Shown here piece after piece: positions 49,894 through 64,000 of a DNA stretch of 64,000 nucleotides (positions within the stretch are counted from its first letter, which is position 1; each line of letters opens with the position of its first letter). Below the pieces are notes generated by a model. The model saw only the letters and a program-made list of their open reading frames with translations, was not told the origin of the DNA and made no database searches. The translations under genes were made by a program, and so were the position numbers. The stretch is from assembly GCF_009914755.1 (NCBI RefSeq), contig NC_060928.1. One strand, 5' to 3'. The DNA comes from the human T2T-CHM13v2.0 reference genome, Homo sapiens.

Positions 49894-51562
49894 CTGTTCT
49901 CATGATAGTGAGTGAGTTCTCATGAGATCTGGGAAAAGCCACTCCCATGATTCAGTCTTCTCTACCTAGTCCTGCCCTTGACACATGAGGATTATTTAAT
50001 TCAAGGTGAGATTTGAGTGGGGACACAGAGCCAAACCATATCATTCCACCCCGGCCCCTACCAAATCTCATGTCCTCGCATTTCAAAACACAATCATGTC
50101 CTTCCAACAGTCCCCCAAAGTCTTAACTCATTCCAGCAATAACCCAAAAGTGCAAGTCCAAAGTCTCATCTGAGACAAGTCCCCTCCACCTATGAGCCTG
50201 TAAAATCAAAAGCAAGTTGGTTACTTCCTAGGTACAATGGGGGTACAGGCTTTGGGTAAATACACCCATTCCAAATTGGAGAAATTGGCCAAAACAAAGG
50301 GGCTACAGGCCCCATGCAAGTGTGAACTCCAATAGGGCAATCATTAAACCTTAAATTTCCAAAATTATCTCCTTTGATTCCAGGTCTTACATCTAGGTCA
50401 TGCTGATGCAAAAGGTGGGTTCCCATGGCCTTGGGCAGTTCTGCCCCTGTGGCTTTGCAGGGTACAGCCCTCCTTTCTGGCTGTTTTCACAAGCTGGCGT
50501 TGAGTGCCTGTGGCTTTTCCAGGCACATGGTGAAAACTGTCAGTGAATCTACCATTCTGGGGTCTGGAGGATGGTGGTCCTCTTCTCACAGCTCCACTAG
50601 GCAGTGCCTTAGCAGGGACTCTGTGTGGAGGCTCCAACCCCACATTTCCCTTCCACACTACCCTAGCAGAGGTTCTCCATGACAGCCCCACTTCTGCAGC
50701 AGACTTCTGTCTGGACATGGAGGCATTGCCCTACATCCTCTGAAATCTAGGCGGAGGTTCTCAAACTTCAATTCTTGACTTCTGTGCACCTGCAGGCTCA
50801 ACACCACATAGAAGCTGCCAAGGCTTGGGGCTTTCGCCCTCTGCAGCCATGTCCTGAGCTGTACCTTGGCCTCTTTTCACCATGGCTGGAGCTGCAGAGA
50901 GGCAGGGCACCAAGTCCCTAGGCTAAAGCATAACAAGAGTCACCTTTGCACCTAAGAAGTTCCCAATAAGTTCCTCATCTCCATCTGAGACCACCTCAGC
51001 TTGGACTTTATTGTCCATATCACTATCAGCATTTTGGTCAAAGCCATTCAACAAGTCTGTAGGATGTTTCAAACTTTCCCTCATCTTCCTGTCTTCTTCT
51101 GAGCTCTCCAAACTGTTCCAACCTCTGCCTGTTACCCAGTTCCAAAGTCACTTCCACATTTTCAGGTATCTTTATAGCAGCATCCCACTCCTGGTACCAA
51201 TATACTGTATTAGTCCATTCTCATGCTGCCATAAAGAACTGCCCAAAACTGAGTAGTTTATAAAGAAAAGAGGTTTAATTGACTCGCAGTTCCGCATGGC
51301 TTGGGAGGCCTCAGGAAACTTATAATCATGGTGGAAGGTACCTCTTTACAGCACAGCAGGAGACAGAATGAGTGCCAAGCAAAGGGGGAAGCCCCTTATA
51401 AAACCATCAGATCTTGTGAGAGCTCACTCATTATCATGAGAACAGCATGGGCAAATTTGCTTCCACGGTTCAATTATCTCCATCTGGTCCCGCCTTTGAC
51501 ATGTGGGGATTATTACAATTCAAGGTGAGATTTGGGTGGGAACACAGAGCCAAACCATATCA
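49894..51562 (-). mobile_element. THE1 element: 5' LTR 51206-51562, internally deleted THE1-int ~50044-51205, truncated 3' LTR with a short inversion
   Basis: LTR ends TGTATTAGTCC / AACCATATCA; THE1-int ORF remnants (DLLNGFDQNADSDMDNKVQAEVVSDGDEELIGN). Confidence 0.9.
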
Positions 51563-54445
51563 CTTCCCCTCTACATGATGTAAACTTTACAGGGGTGGGG
51601 ACTGAACCTGTTAAGGTTCAGTGCTGTATCTTTTGTGCATGGAACAGTGTCTGGCATATCATAGGTGCTCCAAAGTATTTGTTAAATAAATAAATGCCCA
51701 AATATTGTTTGCCTCCTGTGGGGTGGGTGTCTGCCCCTCATCTCTCCCGTCTTTACCTGTCCCCACAGGTGCTGCCCCCACTCTGAGCTGTCAGCCCCAC
51801 CCCCTGGCCACTCCAAACTAAACTATGATGCTGCTACCCCCATTGATTCTGGGGGATGCTACCTTGTATAACCCCTGACGTCATGCTCCCTGCTGGACTG
51901 GGCTAACATATGCCACAAAACCTAGATTAGTTAATAATGCAAGAAACACTTGCCCTGGGACCCCAGGGGGTAAGGCTTTGCCTTCTAAGTTTACAATCTA
52001 GGGGTTAGAGGGCAGAAAAACAAACAACAAACATGGCACCAGACATTGGGTGTGGCCTGGGGAGGACAACAATGTCACATCCTTCAAGGGCGGGATCTTG
52101 GTGAGTTGTTGGGTGTCTTCAGTTGCAGATGTCAGAAGCCAAATGTAACCAGCTTAAGTCCAGGAGGAACGTCTATTGGCTCAAGTCCTCAAAGATGGAA
52201 AAGGAGCCTGGACGTTGCAGAAAAGCCAGCTCAGCCGGAAACAGAGTGACATTTTCTCCACAAGAGTACCTGCTTCTGTTTGCACACTATGGCTTAGTTT
52301 TCTTCTGCTACAGTTAACTGGGGAGACATGCCCCTGGAGCGACATCTGACTCAAGAGGAAAGGGTCTTCTGTCTCCTGCTCCCCCCTGGAAAATCCTCTG
52401 GAAGGATGAGGTTGACTCCCCTGGGGTACGAGCTCCCCCTTGGGCCCAAGACTGTGGTCTAAGAGATGAGGCACCAGGCAGCCAGGAGGTCTCACACGCA
52501 CCTCTGTGAGCAGAGAGACGGGGGCTGCTACCAGACAAGGAGGAAGAGGGCAGGGATTGCACAAAGGGCTCTCTCTAGGCACTCCCTGGGATCTGGGTCT
52601 GCAGCCATATCACACCTCCCTCTCCTTGGCCCACCTAGTTGGGCTTCTTCCTGCCTGGTGGCCCATGCTGCAGAAGACCTTCATGCCTTGCTGCTGAAAC
52701 TGTACACGGTATCGCCCTGTGCCTAAGGCTACTGAGCTTCCACCCTGTCCCAGAGTCTAGATGCCCTCTGTCCTTACCTGCCCAACAGAATGGTCGCTGC
52801 TGCCTACCCACCAGCCTCTGCATATGCCCTCCCCACACCCCCGCCCCCACCCCCACAAAAGCAAACTCCTATTACCCTGTAACAGTCAGTGCAAGTGCCA
52901 GCTTCACCATTCTGAGCTATTCTTGGGGTCTCAATGCCCCAGGACCTCCTCAGGCTTCCTTAGGCCTCTGAGCCCAGCAGGCTGCAGAGCCAGGGACTGA
53001 GGGCTGGGCCATGATAGGTCCATGCCCTGGAGCGCGGATCTGCAGAGCGGCTCTTTTTGGCTGAGCAGGGGCCATCTTGGTTTAGTGCCTGGACTGGGAT
53101 TATTTTCCTCTTTTCTCCCCTGGTGCATCTCTCCCTGCCTCCCTGTGCAGACGGGAACCCCGGGAAAGGCAACTGGAGCCCCACTTTAAGTGATGTGCAA
53201 AACATCCCAGGGGCCAGCAGGCTAGTGCAGTAAAGGAGAGGCTGTCGGGTGTGTGGGGGTAGGGAGGTGGGGGCTAGGTTCCCTTTACCTGGTTACCTTG
53301 GAGCCCATCTTACTAAAGAGGATGGCTTCATTAGCTAGGCCCTGGTGTCCCAGAGTTCTGGGTAAACAAATTATCTTGAGGATCCAACTTCCTGGGTGGC
53401 TTTGCCTGACTTCACTTCCTTGGAAGCAACCTTGAGTTCCTGGATACAGTTGTGCCTGCCACTTGCCACTCAGAGCTGTCCAGAGAGGACACACCAAGCA
53501 CACCCAGAGTGGGAAGCTCTTGGAGGGCAGAAAGGCCCAGTGGTCAAAGTAAGCAGATGCAATAGAACAGGCTGAGGGAGCCCAGCAACAATAGCACCAA
53601 GAACCCACTGCAGGCCAGGCATCCAGAGAGCACGCTCTGTGCCCACATGCAGCTCACAGTCCAGTGGCTGGCTTGGCTGTGGGACGCCAGTGACTCACTC
53701 GGTACTGTTCAGTCCATGTGAATCATGGCGCCGCTGGTTGCCCAGGCCAGGCCCCCGGCCAACCTCTGCACAGCTGGGTAACATTAAGAACTTGGCGACG
53801 CCCGCAGCATGCAGCAGATCCTCTGGGCCCTCCTCTTGCTGTTGTTGTTGTCAGATGTTGATGAGAGTTTGGGAAGCAAGTAAGGAGCGTGTTCATTCTG
53901 GGCTGGGTCAAAACTGGGCCGGGCTGAAGGGCAGGGTGGGCCTGAGGTGACAGCCTGCAGGGCATCTGGCCCCTCTTTAGCTCAGTTGTCAGCTCTGAGC
54001 CGTGGCATCCTGGGTGCATTCATGATCTTCCCCATGCCCCAGGGTCCCCATCTATTAAAGGGGACATTGGGGGACCCTGGGAGGACTGGGTGAGAGTGTA
54101 TATAGAGAATACCCAGAACAGTGCTGGTACATACCAGCTGCCCCACACACCTTGGCCATCCTGGGTGCCTCAGTCTCTCCTGTGTCCCTTTCTTCTCCCC
54201 CACCCTTCCCCGTCTGCCACCCCATTCACACATTCACACCAGCTACAGTTGGCGGGCATCCACGTTCTCTTGAGGGTCCACCTGCTTTTTCCCATCCTCT
54301 TTGTCTCCTCCCTCACCAAGCTTTTCTTAATATTTTAAGCTCTAGAGCCCTAGAATGTTCCAATTTCTAGCACTCTAGAACATTCTATGCCCCAACAAGC
54401 ATGTGCCTCTTTGTCTTTGCTCACTAGATTCCCTCAGCCTTCAAC

Positions 54446-54674
54446 ACCTTGAGAGCTTGTTTGGAGGCCCTAGCAGGGGTGCAAAGCTACTCATATACCC
54501 TTGGCTGAAGACCAGTCCTCCTCTATCGGGGATTGTCGTGAGTGCAGCTTTGGGAAGGACGCATATGGAGTGGTGAGGGAGGAAGGGGACACCTGCCTAG
54601 CCAGCCAGATCAGCCGAATCAACTTTGGCGATCAATGGGGTGACAGATGTCACAGCCAGATCACCCTCACATCC
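54446..54674 (-). pseudogene. RN7SKP113: 7SK snRNA processed pseudogene, 3'-truncated (about nt 1-242 of 7SK)
   Basis: Minus strand reads GGATGTGAGGGTGATCTGGCTGTGACATCTGTCACCCCATTGATCGCC...CCTCCAAACAAGCTCTCAAGGT. TSD CCCT(C)AGCCTT(C/G)AACACCTT at 54431-54450 and 54675-54693. The 7SK origin is certain; the P113 number is from recall only. Confidence 0.96.
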
Positions 54675-55321
54675 CCCTAGCCTTGAACACCTTTCCCCAT
54701 CTTCTTCACCTGGCACTTTTTCTTGTGGCAGGAGATGGCAGGATGAGATTGTGGTCTTCCATCCACACAGGTAAGTGACAGTCCTCAGCTCAACTCACCT
54801 CCTCTGTGTAACCTTCCTAACCTCACCTCCCCACCCAGGTGGACTCAGCTGTGTCTTCCTCTGTGCCCCATGGAGAGGTGGACATCTGCACCCCACAGTG
54901 GCCCACCCCATTGCTCTGTGCTCACTTCCAATTTCCTCCCACTTAGGAGCTCCTGCACAGCAGACAGCCACTGGGGCAAGCTTGTGGGGGCATCCTCCCA
55001 CACTTTTTGTAAAACTAAATGAAGGACTAACAGGAGGTGCGGAAAACGCTGGCTTGGCAATTAGGAGAGCAAAGCTTCCATGTTCTCCCACACCCCCAAT
55101 CTTTGTCCCAGACCTTGTCAGGCCTTGCTTTCTATTTGAGGACCCCAGGACTCTGAGAAGACCCAAAGCCAACCTGCTCAGTTGCCGGCTGAAAACCTCA
55201 AACTATCAAGAACATTGAACATGGTCTCCTTGGGTGCATTCAGGAGCTTTATGAATGCTCCAATTACCCTGTAGTCACGTGGTAGGAGAGAGAGATGGAA
55301 TTGGGAAGAGACCTGAGAAAT

Positions 55322-55600
<279 letters not shown>

Positions 55601-57261
55601 AAAGACCTGAGAAGTTACCGTCATATTTCAGTTAATGAAATCCTTTGACAGCTTTCCGCTTTGAGTCCCCTATTGCAAGTACATCTGCAGGGAGGTGTGG
55701 AAGTGAGGCAAGCAGGGGATGTGGGGAGAGGTGGTGATATACCCAGATCCTTACAATCATCTAAGATTATTCAGGATTTATTTTTTTTAAAGTTATTCAA
55801 AGATACATCAAAGATTAGATTCCTGGAAATGGGGAGAGAGTTCAGTCTCTGGAAGGTTAACACTGTGCAGCTGATTTGTCCAAGTCCGACCGATTTTTCT
55901 CCCTGAAAGACTGCTGGGCCTTGGGACCCTGTAATTAGACTGCTGGGAGCCCCAGCCCTCTTCCTTCTATTTCCTTCTCTCCATTGCCTCCCGAATGTCC
56001 CAGCCTCCTCCTGGCTAGTAGATGCTGATGGCCCTGGGTGACCATCCAAGTGGCTCCAAGCCTTGGATTTCTCTCCTAGGAAATAGAGAATAATTTTTTT
56101 CTATCATGCTCATAGGGAGGATGAGGGCTGTGGAGACAAAGCGGGCTCAAACATGAGAAATAACAAATTTCCTATCAAATGTAAAATGGTGAAGAGGAAA
56201 AGGAAGTGGGCAGAGAGCTGGGGCTTGTGGTTCTGAGCCATGGCTTCCTCTAGTTCATGAAGGGATGGACCTTGTTTGAGTCACTCACCATCTCTGGACC
56301 CTGGTTTTCCTGATGTATGAATAAGTGTCTTGGACCTGCTCATTTGGGGGATGCGGCCAGCTTCCAACTTCCAGACCCTGCATACCCCATTTCCTGACTT
56401 AGCAGTCCTTGAGGAGAGGTTCCCATCAGGTTTGGTGAAAGTTTCTTTCCAAAGGATACTGCCATGGAATGCTGGGTCAGGATCTACTCAGAGGCTGTGG
56501 CTCCCTCCATCTCTGAGACCATGCTAGCAGACTGGGGCTCTCACATTTTAAAGCATGTTATGGAGTCTGACCTGGCCTGGATTTCCCAGCAGTGGGATTA
56601 TGTCCTTCTGACTTGGCCATCTGAAGTAGGACCCCAGGCAAGAGGACACCTTCTCAGAAACTATTCATGTTTATGAAAGTCATTCATCACTGTTGAGGGA
56701 GTGAGGCTCCCTGTTCATGGCAGAATTTCCTCCAGGATTGGTTTCTCCAGCAGTGAGCTGTCTTGCCAATACCACATAGAAAGCTTGGGGGTTGAGGGTG
56801 CTAGTGTCTTGGGCCAATCATGATGTAGATGCAGACATTAGCTCTAGTTCCTTCCTGCTTTTGCCACCTCCTAGCCGTGTAGCCTCAGAGAAGTCACTTG
56901 ACATTCCAAGGTCTCTGTGTCCCCATAGGCAGAATGGCAGGAAAGAAATTCCCCTGCCCATCTCATAGGGTGCTGTGAGGCTCAGAGGAAACAGTGGGTG
57001 GGAAGGGGCTTTATGATCTGTGAGGCATTATTGAGTCATGTGCTGGGGTGATTCTTGCTTGTCATGGTTACTTATCAATGATGATGACAGTACCCTGCTG
57101 TGACAAGTCCTCCAGTCAAGTCATGTTGCTGAGGACAGGAATGGTTGAAGTGGGGCAGACTTTCCCATGTGGCAGAATGGGAGGAGCACAGGAGTGGGAG
57201 TCAGACCTGGCTTCCAGCTCCACCACCCATCACTGCCACAATTGGGGTGGATCCTAAAATC

Positions 57262-57620
57262 TGATATGGTTTGGCTCTGTGTCTCCACCCAAATCTTATC
57301 TCAAATTGTAATCCCCACTTGTCGAGGGAGGGGGGTGATTGGATCATGGGGGCAGTTTCTCCCATGCTGTTCTCCTGATAGTGAGTGAGTTCTCACAAAA
57401 TCTGATGGTTTTATAAGCGTTTGGAAGTTCCCCCTTTGCTCTTCTCTCTACTGCTGCCTTGTGAAGAAGGTGCCTGCTTCCCCTTTGCCTTCCGCCATGA
57501 TTGTAAGTTTCCTGTGGCCTCCCCAGCCATATGGAACTGTGAGTCAATTAAACCTCTTTCCTTTATAAATTATCCAGTCTCGAGCAGTTCTTTATAGCAG
57601 TGTGAAAACAGACTACTACA
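57262..57620 (+). mobile_element. THE1/MST solo LTR
   Basis: TGATATGGTTTGGCTCTGTGTC ... GACTACTACA. Confidence 0.92.
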
Positions 57621-58480
57621 CCCCCAAACCTGGCTACCCCATCCATCAAAGAGGGACAATAATAGTGTTGCCCAATAATTAGATTGCATTCACCCAAAGC
57701 AGACCCCAATACATAGATTTGATTGAAGTAATTTATTTGGTGATGACCCAGAAGTCAGGGGTCAGGAAAGAGAAGTGAGGCAGAAAGGGAGGTAAATTCA
57801 TTCTAGTGGGAAGATGGGCAGGTCTTCACCAAGGGCAACCGGGCTTGATCCCCCAGGAGCCTCTTCAGGGGTACATGGAGCACACCTCAGAGCTGCCCCA
57901 CTGTGGGGTGAGGAACCTGGGTGTTTATCCATTATCTATGGGTTGCTCTTAGGGTGTTAGTGCCTCAGAACCCCCCCCCACACACACCAGGTGTGTGGAC
58001 CAAGCACACCCCTGTGACCAGAGAACACCCTCAGCCACAGAGATGCAGGAAGCCAAGGCTATGTTTGGGAACTCTAGGGTAGGCAGAGGGGCATGGGCCA
58101 AGAGCTGATGGCACCTGCTGTGCCAACTCGGTTGCTGTGAGGGTGATGCTTAGAACAGTGCCTGGCATGTGACCAGCTCCAGAGAACTCACTTATTATTA
58201 TTATTAGCTATGGCCCAACTTCCTCCATTCCAAGTGAACCCAGAGTTTTTTTCAGCATCAACCTTTCTCCTCGTAGCCATGGGCTTCAAGGGAGGCTGAC
58301 TCCAGCCCAGCTCCAGGGCTGGGGTCTTGGTTGGTGTCAGTCAGTCATGGCCCCCATCCATAGTGCCTTCTCTAAAATTTTCCTCAGGAGAGGAACTAGA
58401 GCACAGGTTTACCTCCAGGATAAGCTCACCTTCTCACACGGTCAATATCCGTGTGTCTCCTTCTTTAAGAGAATAAAAGA

Positions 58481-64000
<5,520 letters not shown>

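Noticed and set aside
50190-51111. ORFs of 62-106 aa
   Set aside because: These are remnants of the THE1 internal region.

Overview
Human/primate-type non-coding genomic DNA with no intact protein-coding gene; nearly all ORFs in the track are spurious or lie in repeats. Positions ~1-6.5 kb form a broad CpG-rich domain (the first Alu is at ~10.1 kb) of the kind that flanks developmental regulator genes. The rest is repeat-dense intergenic DNA. It contains a full-length processed LDHA pseudogene (minus strand, 14-bp TSD) and a tailless 3'-truncated 7SK retrocopy (TSD). It also holds a complete Tigger4/Zombi DNA transposon expanded by nested Alus, a MaLR LTR and an unidentified ~216-bp retrocopy. 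Other elements are two 5'-inverted (twin-primed) L1s, one carrying a MER9 solo LTR, a decayed ERVL provirus, many MaLR LTRs and several local tandem duplications. From memory (not searched), the layout fits the 4p16.2 interval downstream of MSX1 (LDHAP1, RN7SKP113). I found no convincing new biological system. The best leads are candidate enhancers/CTCF sites, the orphan retrocopy and a speculative MER9-L1 endonuclease chimera.
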